Of a stretch of 55,436 nucleotides of DNA, positions 24,680 through 35,769 are shown piece after piece (the first letter of the stretch is position 1; each line of letters starts with the position of its first letter). The stretch is from Octopus bimaculoides (taxonomy: Eukaryota), in assembly GCF_001194135.2 (NCBI RefSeq), contig NC_068982.1, positions 538,199 through 593,634 on the forward strand, given 5' to 3'. Below the pieces are notes generated by a model, which was not told the origin of the DNA, did not search any database, and was given only the letters and a program-made list of their open reading frames with translations. Position numbers and translations under genes: made by a program.

Positions 24680-24890
24680 ACAGGTGCATAAAAAGCACAA
24701 GTGCTGGTGTCACATAAAAAGTACCCAGTGCATTCTGTGAAGTGGTTGGCATTAGGAAGGGCATCCAGTGATAGAAAACAAACCGAAACAGACTTGGAGC
24801 CTCTCTTTGGCTTGCCACCTCCTGTCAAACCATTCAAGCCATGCTAGCAAGGAAAACAGACGTTAAACGATGATGATGATGATGATGATG
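24680..24890 (+). mobile_element. RTE 3' tail
   Basis: gtggttggcattaggaagggcatcc...cagacgttaaac(gat)n. Confidence 0.85.
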
Positions 24891-25230
24891 TTGAGTATAC
24901 GAAACAACTCAGCAACCAAGTAGCTGAGTGCCAGAATGGACCACCACCACAGACTGTAAAAATGATACATGAATGAAGAAAACAGGAAAAGTTATTATTA
25001 AAGTAAACATAAACAAAGCAAGAATAAAAATCAATGGAGTTTGTTCGGAAAGAAATGAAATTATGGATTCACAATCAATGAAACATGGAGAATTCAGTGT
25101 GAACAAAGATGACGATGTGCAAGGAAAGGAAATTGGGTTCAGGATGAGGAAGCGTGAGAGTAAAAACCTTAATTGTATAGAAAATGCTTGAAGAGCATGA
25201 AGAACAATGCTGGGGTTTTGCAAATAAATT

Positions 25231-25330
25231 GTGGCTGTGTGGTAAGAAGTTTACTTCTCAACCACAAGATTCCAGGTTCAGTCCTACCACAGCCTTGTCA
25301 GTGGATTTGGTTGATGGAAACTGAAAGAAA
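25231..25330 (+). mobile_element. Truncated SINE family B head
   Basis: gtggctgtgtggtaagaagtttacttctcaaccac...ggaaactgaaagaa. Confidence 0.75.
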
Positions 25331-25367
25331 CCTGTTGTATAAATGTACATATATGTATAAACCATAT

Positions 25368-25538
25368 ATCATCATCATCATCATCATCATCGTTTAACGT
25401 CCGCTTTCCATGCTAGCATGGGTTGGACGATTTGACTGAGGACTGGTGAAACCGGATGGCAACACCAGGCTCCAATCTAATTTGGCAGAGTTTCTACAGC
25501 TGGATGCCCTTCCTAACGCCAACCACTCAGAGAGTGTA
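25368..25538 (-). mobile_element. Young RTE 3' tail
   Basis: Identical over 148 bp to 19771-19918. Confidence 0.9.
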
Positions 25539-25542
25539 TATA

Positions 25543-25698
25543 TATAAATATAATATGTGACAATTAGTTGGTTGACATAATAAAACTCAGAGTTTCGGAT
25601 ACTGGGGCTGAAGTCTGCCCCAGCATCTCATCAGTTATTCAGACAAAACGCTGTGTTTTATTATGACAACCAACTAATTGTCACATATTATATTTATA
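25543..25698. mobile_element. 156-bp fold-back miniature element (about 54-bp arms) carrying a hammerhead motif
   Basis: Arms tataaatataatatgtgacaattagttggttg... and their reverse complement, embedded in TA-rich sequence. Confidence 0.85.
25579..25639 (-). ncRNA. Type I hammerhead ribozyme-like motif
   Basis: Stem I AAUAA/UUAUU; core CUGAUGA; 11-bp stem II GAUGCUGGGGC/GCCCCAGUAUC plus one extra C; GAAAC; near-palindromic stem III ACUC-U-GAGU; triplet GUU. Confidence 0.75.
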
Positions 25699-25873
25699 GA
25701 TAAATTCCTCGTCTGATTTGACATGGTTTCTACAGCTGGGTGTCCTAATGCCAACCACTGTACAGAGGGTACTGGATGCCTTTTACCAGGGGCCAGCATG
25801 GGTACATTTCACACAGGGGTACACAAAACAGAAGCAACAAATAAAAAAACATAAGTTGGAAACAAACTCAAAC

Positions 25874-26266
25874 GGTGGCTGTGTGATAAGAAGCTTGCTT
25901 CCCAACCACATGGTTCCAGGTTCAGTCCCACTGCATGACACCTTGGGCAAGTGTCTTCTACTGTAGCCTTGGGCCGACCAAAGCCTTGTGAGTGGATTTG
26001 GTAGACGGAAACTGAAAGAAGCCCGTTATATATATGTGTGTGTGTGTGTGTGTATTTGTATCTGTGTTTGTATTTGTATCTGTGTTTGTCCTCCCACCAT
26101 TGCTTGACAGCCGATGTTGGTGTGTTTATGTTCCCGAAACTTAACAGTTCGGCAAAAGAGACTGATAGAATAAGTACTAGACTTACAAGGAATAAGTCCT
26201 GGGGTTGATTTCTTTGACTAAAGGCGGTGCTCCAGCATGGCCACAGTCAGATGACTGAAACATGTA
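25874..26266 (+). mobile_element. SINE family B, full length
   Basis: Head ggtggctgtgtgataagaagcttgc, core caccttgggcaagtgtctt, internal (TG)n, tail tgactgaaacatg. Confidence 0.9.
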
Positions 26267-26697
26267 AAAAAAATAAATAACTAAAATAAAATAAAATCAA
26301 ATAAAATCTAGGCCAGCAGTTGTTGCCCATCGATTTAGCAGATTGGAGTTATAAGCAGTGAAGGAGCCATAGAAATGTTTTATGCTAGAAGAGTGGAACA
26401 AGTGCACGACTGCTGGGAATCTAGCATGAGGTTGGCTGAAAAAACAATTAGAGACAGTAACAGTAGATGAGAATAATGCATATGGATGATACTTATGTGC
26501 AGAAAGTGGGGGAGACAAGTGTTGTCTGCAGAGGAGTGACTCTAAGTAGGTCATTATGAAGAAGAAAAGTTTGAGAGAGAAGTGCATCTTGGAATAGATC
26601 ATAGACTGGCTGTTCTCTTTAAGGCTAGAAAAATACTTCATCTCTTCAGCCAACTACTCACCCTCTACAAACCTTAGTGGAGACCCACAATGAAATA

Positions 26698-27115
26698 CAG
26701 GGTGGCCCAAAAGTAGGTTTACAGTTATCACGAAGGCACTCGGACACACAGTGCGGCTCAAATTCCAATCTCCATCAATTTCAGTGAATGCATCAGAAAT
26801 GAAATCTTTTAATACATTTACTGTTTTGGGATTCTTCTCATAAACCTTGTTCTTTACAACACCCTATAAAAAGAACTCCATTGGTGTCAGGTCAGGTGAA
26901 CGTGGAGGCCATTCCACGCTGCCCTGTTTTCCAAACCAACGCTGTGGAAAGGCTTGGTTAAGGTAACTCTCTTACTGTCAACGCATAATGTGGAGGTGCT
27001 CCATCTTGTTGAATAATAGTTTCATATTTTTTTTTATAATTAAGATATAAACTGTTAATATATGAATGCAAAAGAGATAGTTGAATAACTGTAAAGCTAC
27101 TTTTGGGCCACCCTG
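26698..27115 (-). mobile_element. 418-bp deletion derivative of a DD41D (rosa-type) Tc1/mariner
   Basis: About 30-bp TIRs cagggtggcccaaaagtag..., TA TSD on both sides; with one frameshift reads QQDGAPPH...WPPRSPDLTPMEFF, with 41 residues between the acidic positions. Confidence 0.85.
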
Positions 27116-28813
27116 TACTATTCCACATGTAAGAGGGTGCTGTTGCTACAAACACACAATCATCCTACACTCTTTGCCTCTTCTATCCTCATGCCCAGGG
27201 CCTTGCACTTTCTTCCCAGGCCCAGTGCTTTCTTCCCAGACGTTGACCTACAATCAGTCTCATTGTCTTGGAGAGCCCTTCAAGGGCCATTCGTAGAGCT
27301 CTTCCTCACTGATTATTTAAAGAAAACATCGAAGTGAGGCCCCATTAGCATTGTATGTTGCAACAGAATATTTGAAAAGGAAACTTGTGATACTAAAGAT
27401 GAGAGAAGGATGGACTCCATTGATAACTTACGCTCTCCCACTAGACACACTACTTTGTTACCAAGCAATGTACAGGGGCCCCTATATACACAACTGGAGT
27501 ATAGATTAGTATGGGATTCCTAGATATGTGAGGTCCCTGGGTAACTCCCTAGTGTGCCCATGCGTTAAGATGTCACTGAACAAAGTGGAAGGATTTTATT
27601 TATGTCAGGTATAATAACGTTGTTTGTGTCAAAGTTTTCAAGGTCATACCTCCATAACTTTTCAGTTGTTCTACATGAATGACATAGAAACGGGATTAGT
27701 AAATACACAAACAGAAATCTGAGATTATTGTGATAATGAGATGCACAGTCACAAATTGTCTGGCCTTCTTTCTCCATCATGAATATGTCAGTACATCACT
27801 CCCGTTCTATGTATTTAGGTCTCGACCGACGAGCGTAAATTCATAGGTAACATGGGCGGAGCCAGTATTTCGACCCAAGTGTTTCCCAATTACGAAGATG
27901 GATCCATTTGGTCTGTGAAAATAAATCTGAGATAATTTTATTTGCATAGAACTGAGGCGTGGGGTTCGCCCTAACTTGTTAAACTACACATGTTCCCGTG
28001 TGTGTGTGTGTGTGTGTGTGTGCGTAGACACGATAGTTTAATGCAAAACACGTCCGTGTGTGTCTTGTGTGTGCGATAAAAGATGATTTGAATGATGAAT
28101 ATTATCTTTAGATACGTTTTAAATAAATTAACAACCATTTTGCAATTTAAATAATAACAATAAATCAATGAAAACTAGAACAACAACAAAATTTAAACAC
28201 AAAGAATGGTGTCAATGATATTTCCAAGGTTACAAAATAGCGATGCAGTAATTTTTCTGTCGTTTCAAGGTAAAATAGAAACCCTCTCAACTGCTAGAAT
28301 TAGTGTTCGCTGCCCCTGAAGGGGACAGAGCAGCAAATAAAAGTAATTCCGCTCCGCTTTTCGCCCAAACAAACTAATCGCGCAGACTCGGACAGTCGCA
28401 GGTATTTTGTTGTTATTTTACGTTTTGAGTTCAAATCCTATCGAAGTCATATCTTTGCTTCTCATTCTTCCAAAATCAATAAATAATTTAAATTACAAGT
28501 CAAAAGCAGATGTAAAACAAAACGACACATGAATCTCTATGCAATTGCTAGAAATAGAAGCCAAATTCCCCTCACATCATATTGTGGATGTGCAAGCAAA
28601 TGCACATAGAAATATTATTTTGGATGTGCACAAATGCAAATGGAAATATTATTCAATATTGTTCGAAGCCGATGATTGAGTATTGATTGCTGATCCGAGT
28701 TTATTTGCTTTTAAATGAGTTTGTTGATTTCGACGAATGCTTCCACCGGGAATAGAGGCGGAGAAGGTGAGTGTATGTAATGTTATACAAAGGGAAAGAA
28801 AGTATTCACTAAC

Positions 28814-28898
28814 CTGCAGGATGGTTCCATAACGGAACCATTCGTGGCGGAACCAACTTGTCAAGCGCTTTGATTGCAGATCGATAGACCGCAGCCAT
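28814..28898 (-). CDS. MPC2: MPC2 coding exon 1 (MAAVYRSAIKALDKLVPPRMVPLWNHPA-G)
   Basis: ATG at 28898; the WNHPAG motif of MPC2; phase-1 donor CAG|GTTAGT; 85 nt. Confidence 0.93.
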
Positions 28899-29339
28899 GA
28901 TTGAGAAATGAACAGCAGCACTGCCAAGGGAGATAACTGCGATGACGAAGGAGGCGGAGACGAAAAAAGNNNNNNNNNNNNNNNNNNNNNNNNNNNNNNN
29001 NNNNNNNNNNNNNNNNNNNNNNNNNNNNNNNNNNNNNNNNNNNNNNNNNNNNNNNNNNNNNNNNNNNNNNNNNNNNNNNNNNNNNNNNNNNNNNNNNNNN
29101 NNNNNNNNNNNNNNNNNNNNNNNNNNNNNNNNNNNNNNNNNNNNNNNNNNNNNNNNNNNNNNNNNNNNNNNNNNNNNNNNNNNNNNNNNNNNNNNNNNNN
29201 NNNNNNNNNNNNNNNNNNNNNNNNNNNNNNNNNNNNNNNNNNNNNNNNNNNNNNNNNNNNNNNNNNNNNNNNNNNNNNNNNNNNNNNNNNNNNNNNNNNN
29301 NNNNNNNNNNNNNNNNNNNNNNNNNNNNNNNNNNNNNNN

Positions 29340-29531
29340 TGTTTCAAACGGCATACATTATGATTATAAAGAAATTTGTGGGGAAAATCTTGAGGTGGGG
29401 AGAGGACTTTCGGAAAATTCCCAAGATCTGAATTTTTCCTCGTTATATTCTGCAATTACATTCAACTTTCTACAGATACCCTAGCGTAGTACTTACTACA
29501 CTGCGTAGGGTATCTGTAGAAAGTTGAATGT
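29340..29531. mobile_element. Fragment of the 19941-21760 family ending in a perfect 26-bp hairpin
   Basis: 29340-29500 is about collinear with 20835-21000; arms 29458-29483 and 29506-29531 are exact reverse complements. Confidence 0.8.
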
Positions 29532-30049
29532 CCAAGGTGTCACGACCACCGGATGCTTTCCTTGTGTCTTTATTACTCCGTCATGTGTTGATGTTTTTCA
29601 ATATTTTCCTCCCTATAAACACATTTAATGGAATGAGGATGCGCCCACGGATCCATAATTTAAAGTCTTACACCCCATCCCAAGCGAGTGTGTGTATGTA
29701 TGAAAAAAAGAAAAGAAAAAGCTTTTATTAATAGAAAAATATGCTATTAAAATAAATTACCTTTTACATATCTTATTAAAATGATTGTGGATAAATCTCA
29801 GCAATGACCTCAGGTTCTCCGATATCTGTGTTATCGAGAAAGGTTAAGTTCAATTTGAGTATTCATAGGGATTTATGACATAGGGTAATGATAGAAAAAA
29901 AAGTTTTAATCGAAAAAACATTTATCATAATCGTGCGAGATCCAGTGTGTTGATCAGAAATTCGCAAAAAACTTCTGAAAATACCAAAAAATTAAAAAGC
30001 TATGACTGGTTACATGGTGTGCTTCGATCGAGAATAGGCCGTGCATATT

Positions 30050-30245
30050 CGTGAATTTGGATTTCAACAGAAACAAATGATAGATTCGGACTGTCCGTAT
30101 TTTAAACTTTGATCTAAAAAAGTTTCGGAAAAGGAGTGGGAATTTTAAGATTTATGAGGGAAGGATATTTTAAAAAAATGCACAATCGTATGAATTCCCG
30201 AGCAAAAGTTTTGTGAAAATTCCTCAAAATAAAAGTTATGAGGGA
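30050..30245 (+). repeat. Unclassified interspersed repeat, second copy at about 50090-50285
   Basis: Shared agattcggac(t/c)gtccgtattttaaa and aagttatgaggg motifs in the same order. Confidence 0.55.
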
Positions 30246-31314
30246 TGCTTAAACCAGAATCCCGCCCTCGCTTGTTACTCTTTACGTATCGTTATACTAT
30301 GACAATTGTGTTTCTCTTTCTTGAAGCTTCGTTAGGCGGGTAATATGCACATTTGTAATCGTGGTAGACATTTTTTATACATCACTCAAGCTTTCTGCTG
30401 TACCAATACTAAAACAAGTTGTTACTTAGGTTTGCTTTCTAACATTCACTTAAACTCCACTCGCGCATATTGAAAGCTACATAATCGAATGGAAATAAAG
30501 ATTTTATAAGTAAATGTCGAAGACCTACTACTTTTAAGCCGTAAATTATTTCTGACAAAATAACTTTCTTTTAANNNNNNNNNNNNNNNNNNNNNNNNNN
30601 NNNNNNNNNNNNNNNNNNNNNNNNNNNNNNNNNNNNNNNNNNNNNNNNNNNNNAAATTAACTTTTATGTATCAAATTATTTGTCCTCATATTAATTCAAA
30701 GTAATATTCGATGGAAACGAATTTCTGATATTTGAAATATCGATCAAAATTAATTTTCACAGTCATTCTCTGCCTTTTATTAAATGGAATTTGATGGATT
30801 TCGTCAACACTGTAAGAGTTATCTCCCTCGAAATAATCGAGAAGTGTTAAGATGGCCTACTATCTCTGTTCGGGTAGAAATATGATACTAGACAAGATGC
30901 TTCACACACATCTACCCGAGTTACGTCATGTATCTGTCAAGTTGAGAATCATACTGCCTTATTCTGATGTGCAGGGAGGAGTCGTAAGATAATCTAGAAA
31001 TGTTGCATTCTCAGTATTGTTGGATCTGGAGCTGAATACTTTTCCTTTTATTTGCTAGGTTTCAAGGAAAGGGATTGTGAGAGTCCAGGAAAGACGAGAG
31101 GGGCAAGGGGGGTTCTGGAGGCTGACGTAGTGAGAAGACGGTTTGGTGTAGTGTTTAGAGCTGGGCCCAGGGAGTTGGCATCAACAACAATGATGAGAGG
31201 AGGAGAGACGAATGTTTCAGAAATGTTTCACTGGAGACGGCATGAGCCCATCCTTCTCCAAGGAACAGAGTCCAAGTATAGGGAGAGAGAGATCAGACAG
31301 CACACGTGTTTGAG

Positions 31315-31537
31315 TAATGTTTTGGTTTGAAACTTTTGGCCCAAGGCCAGCAGGTTCGAGGGAGGGGAATGAGTCGATTCCATCAACCTCAGTGCTCAAT
31401 TGGAGCTTACTTTATCGACCTCGAAAGGATGAAAGGCTAAGTCAACCTCGGCAGAATTTGAACTCAGAACTTAAAGACGGACGAAATGCAGCTAAGCGCT
31501 TTGCACGGCGTGTTACCAATTCTGCCAGCTCGCTGTC
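31315..31537 (-). mobile_element. SINE family A
   Basis: gtcaacctcggcagaatttgaactcagaac...ctgccagctcgctg. Confidence 0.85.
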
Positions 31538-31913
31538 TTATGTGTCTGAGTAATTTCTTGCTAATCAGTCGAGTGACTTTTCTCTCTCTAGGATGCACGT
31601 GCGCGCAGCGACAGCAGCAGCATCCCAGGTGTGAGAGCCTATACTCCAGAGTGGTCTGCCCCTGCGCTTTGGAGGTATGAATACCTGTTAGGAGACAGAA
31701 ATATCTCCTGGTTCTGAAAAGAAAGGTCAGCCGTTGGGAGGCAATTCTCAGTATGTTCAGGGACATCCTCGAAGATGTGAGGGATCTCACTGAGCGCTGC
31801 TCACATTTAAGAGGTGTGTGAGTCCACTGGTCACTGGTGTAAGAAAGTAGGTGACCAATAGACTTGGTTTTTTGGAAACCATACCATTGGTCGTTGAGGG
31901 GATAATTAGATAG

Positions 31914-31960
<47 letters not shown>

Positions 31961-32667
31961 GAGGGGGGAAGAGATTAAGGATTTCATTGTTAATGGTTAA
32001 ATCCATGAACTTAGATATTAGTGTGACGATATATTTTCAGCGAATGAATGAGAGAAGAAAACTATTTTTAATTGAAATGATCTTTCATTTGGTCTTCGAG
32101 TTTTTCTTATATACAGATTATTTTCCGTTCTGTTATCCATTCTGTAGGTAGTTAATTTCATTTGTGAGTGACTACAGGTGGAAAAAAAAAAAAAAAAAGA
32201 GAGAGAGAGAGAGAGAGATTTTGGGTTCCATATTTATATTTTTCCTAACTAAATCAGGTCAGGCCAAACAAAGGATTTTCCATCTCTTATCTGCCTTGAC
32301 CCAAGTTTTGACTCAAAAGTTTACAAGTTCACTGTTAACGCTCATAAATTTCCTAGTTCAAAGGCCGAGAACAATAGGAAGAGAACTTGTAGAAATATGT
32401 AATTTCGGTTTCGAATCCTGGCTTAGAATTTAGGAAGCTATTCGTTCGATCACTTCCTATAGTCATTATAACTTCTGTTTCTGGTAAAGAAAAGAACCAG
32501 CAAAAATGATCTAAGGAAACCAGGATGAAGTGAAGCCACAATAAAATGAAAACAAGAGTAAAGAAAGAGATTTGTTATTGGGGAAGGTTTGAGAGACAAA
32601 AGAAAGTGTAAAGTCTACTTATATTGATGCAGGTTTCTACTAAAATCTAATCAACAATGTGAGTAGA

Positions 32668-32824
32668 AGGCGTGGCTGTGTGGGATGAAGCTTGCTTTCC
32701 AACCACATGGTTTTGGGTTCAGTCCCATTGCGTGGCACCTTGGACAAATGTCGTCTACTATAGATTCAGGTCAACCAAAGCTTTGTGGGTGGATTTGGTA
32801 GATTGAAACTGAAAGAAGCTTATT

Positions 32825-32882
<58 letters not shown>

Positions 32883-33068
32883 TTGTTCCCCCCACCACTC
32901 GACAACCGGCGTTGGTGTGTTTACGTTCCCATAACAAAGCGGTTCTGTAAATGAGACTGATAGAATAAGTACCGAACTTATAAAAAATAAGTACTGGGTC
33001 AATTCATTCAACTAAAATTTCCCAAAGGCGGTGCCCCACCGTGACCGCAGTCTAATGACTGAAACATG
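32668..33068 (+). mobile_element. SINE family B, full length
   Basis: Head ggcgtggctgtgtggg, core gtggcaccttggac, internal (CA)/(TG) tract, tail tgactgaaacatg. Confidence 0.9.
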
Positions 33069-33794
33069 AAAGGGATTTCGAATTTGTCCTCAAGGAAGGG
33101 GTTCTTAGACAAGGTAGTTCTGACTAAAATGACACTTTAAAAGCGAGCGGATTTCAAGTTAAGATCAAGCAAATCTACAGCTTCAGATTTTGGGACAAAG
33201 AAAAGGCATTGAAGTATTTAGTAAACTCTTTTTTTTTTTTTTTTACCAAATTTTAACTCAACATCGCACAGCCTCCCTGAATTTGTTAAACGCTTCCTTA
33301 GAAACCACAAATATAGAAAATAGTGCAACAAAAGTTATCTTGAAATAAGTTTTGGCTGCACAGCTAATGTGAAGAATATTAGATCCCATAAGCCTATACC
33401 ATAATCTACTGAGGGAAATTATTGATAGCGAGAAATCCCACATGTCCGATGAGGGAGTCCTGTAACGCAGTAGAAGTTAACGTAATAAATACGTAACATG
33501 ATGCCACTGGAAAACAAAATATTTAAAGGATTAAAGAGGGATTTAAAAGGCATCGAAACTCCCTGATTATATCTGGTTATGGAAAGAAAATGATTCAAAC
33601 CCTAACTGGAAGTAACAGATTTGGCACAGCGAAGAACTAATTTCACAACAACAGCAACAACAGCAACATTTAAATGTTTAATGTGAAGCTTTCTGAACGT
33701 TCGGGTATACAAATTCCTTTTATAACCGCAACTATCTTGAATTTATAAATGTACATAGATATGGAAGTGTAGTGTTTGTTTGTTTGTTTGTGTG

Positions 33795-34846
33795 TGTGTG
33801 TGTTTAGGTTTAGGTTTGTGTGCATGTTTGCCGAGAAATTGATATGCAAACATTCTCTTTTGCACTATATCTATCCATTAGCGTTGTATCAAACGATTAT
33901 TTTTTTTCCAAATAAAAGTTTTCAAATTTCAACATATTCTTTTAAACTTTCCATTCGTGTTACTACGTTAAGTCTGAAAAATGATGTTACTTTTACATCT
34001 ATAGGTTGACAGACAGACAAACAGACAGACTGACGGACTGAAAGACAGCTAGTTAGCTACCAAATAGGTAGGTAGGTAGGTAGGCAGACAGGTAGATAGA
34101 TAGAAATGAAGTAAGTCACTTATGCCGAAGGACGATAAAACTGAAAACATTTTTATTCTTTTAATTACATTATGTTTTTTGTATTATATTTTAATGAGTG
34201 TTAAAATATGTGAAAATTTATAAAATTCCGTTAATTTCTTTTCATTTTTTTATTTTAATTTTCTTTTCCACCCTTGAATTACATTTTATCAACAACATAT
34301 TTTTCAAGAAGAAAGTATAAAAGATCAAATTATTGAGAGAAAAAAAACAAACAACTTATCTACTTCACCAAGGAAACAAAAGAAAAGAAAAGAAAGTGGG
34401 GTGGGAATCAAGCAGCAGAAGATGGAGAGGGGAAGAGGGGGAGTAGCGGGTTGTAACATCCCAGAGCAGATGGCATGTTTAGCCACGCGTCACGGACATG
34501 ATTACAAAGGCATTGGCGCGGAGAATCACCCGCGACATTCGTTGTAACAGTCCCCTCACAGCGCGGGTCTCCGTAAATCGTCCGAGTCTCGCGATTTTCT
34601 ATTTCAAAGTGGATGTCGATCATCAGGACTCTGAACGACAGCGACTAACTGGTATGTCGTAGAAAATAAACACCTTTTCAAGTCAAAATCTTACACGAAT
34701 GGAACGTTTAAAAAGATATGTTAAAAACAAAATAATCGTTTGATAACAGGATAATATAACGCTAATGGATAGATATAGTGCAAAAGAGAATGTTTGCATA
34801 TCAATTTCTCGGCAAACATGCACACAAACCTAAGCACACACACACA
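33795..34846. mobile_element. About 1.05-kb inverted-repeat-bounded unit with about 160-bp arms and a CpG-rich core
   Basis: 33795-33962 is the reverse complement of 34692-34846 (e.g. gtgtgcatgtttgccgagaaattgatatgcaaacattctcttttgcactatatctatccattagcgt); both ends run into (GT)/(CA) tracts. Confidence 0.75.
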
Positions 34847-35706
34847 TGTACTAAATGCGAGTGCGACATTTCGTCTGCAAAATATACTGGGAATTCGCTT
34901 TGTTTAATTTATCTCAGGAGTGATGATAGATGTTTTTCACATGACTGTTTCGCTTTTATAGCTCACAAATATTTAAGATATACCAAGTCACCTTCAGTGG
35001 TGCTATAATCTATTAATAAACTTGCCATTGATCCCACAACCTTTACAAAACCGGTTTTATAATGTCATGGACTTATTTGGAGTCATTGAATGACAATAAA
35101 GTATAACAATAAACCGAAGGAACGGCATTTTAAAGATTACCTTTTATAATACCCAGCTTTATATTACAATGCGTTGGACGATACGCATATTATGTAGATA
35201 TGTTTATAATTTAGTGTATGTGTGAGAGAATGTGTTATGCTTGTGTGAGCATATATAAATATGTGTATGTATGTATGTATGTATGTATGTATAGTCTTCT
35301 CTGTCTCTTTTTTGAGTAGATTTTGCCCCCCCCCCACCTGGTAGCAAGGTTGAGAGGGAAAGCATGTTCACTGTCTTCTAAATCTTTAGAAGGTCTTTCA
35401 GATTTTTATAGTCCCAGATATCGTGATCATTTGTAGGGTATAAATTAAGGATATGCATTTTCCCCAAGATCCCAAGTTCAGCCATCCTTTGCTCCAGACT
35501 GGTTAGTATGTATCCTGTTGCTCCATTTATAAGCGTATCTTGGGCACTGGATTTCAAAAATCCTTATTAATGGTCCGAGGATGTCCTCTTTCTCGTGTAT
35601 TTTTCTAACCATATTGCTATCCAGGGGCAGCTGATTTCCACAACAGAACACATCGTTTCCTTGTGGTCCCACGCAACAATATCCGGCTGGTTGTGTTTTT
35701 AGTTGG

Positions 35707-35760
35707 TGTATGTATGTATGTATGTATGTATGTATGTATGTATGTATGTATGTATGTATG
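35707..35760. repeat. (GTAT)n microsatellite
   Basis: Direct observation. Confidence 0.95.
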
Positions 35761-35769
35761 AATGAATGC

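Noticed and set aside
31050-31900. Possible CR1/L2-type LINE remnant on the minus strand split by a SINE
   Set aside because: Only a faint GADH-like endonuclease hint; too weak to call.
34585-34632. Minus-strand CTGATGA with a GAGUC/GACUC pair as a fourth hammerhead, or C/D snoRNA boxes
   Set aside because: Stem II is not followed by GAAA and there is no valid UH; the C and D boxes are degenerate with no terminal stem.
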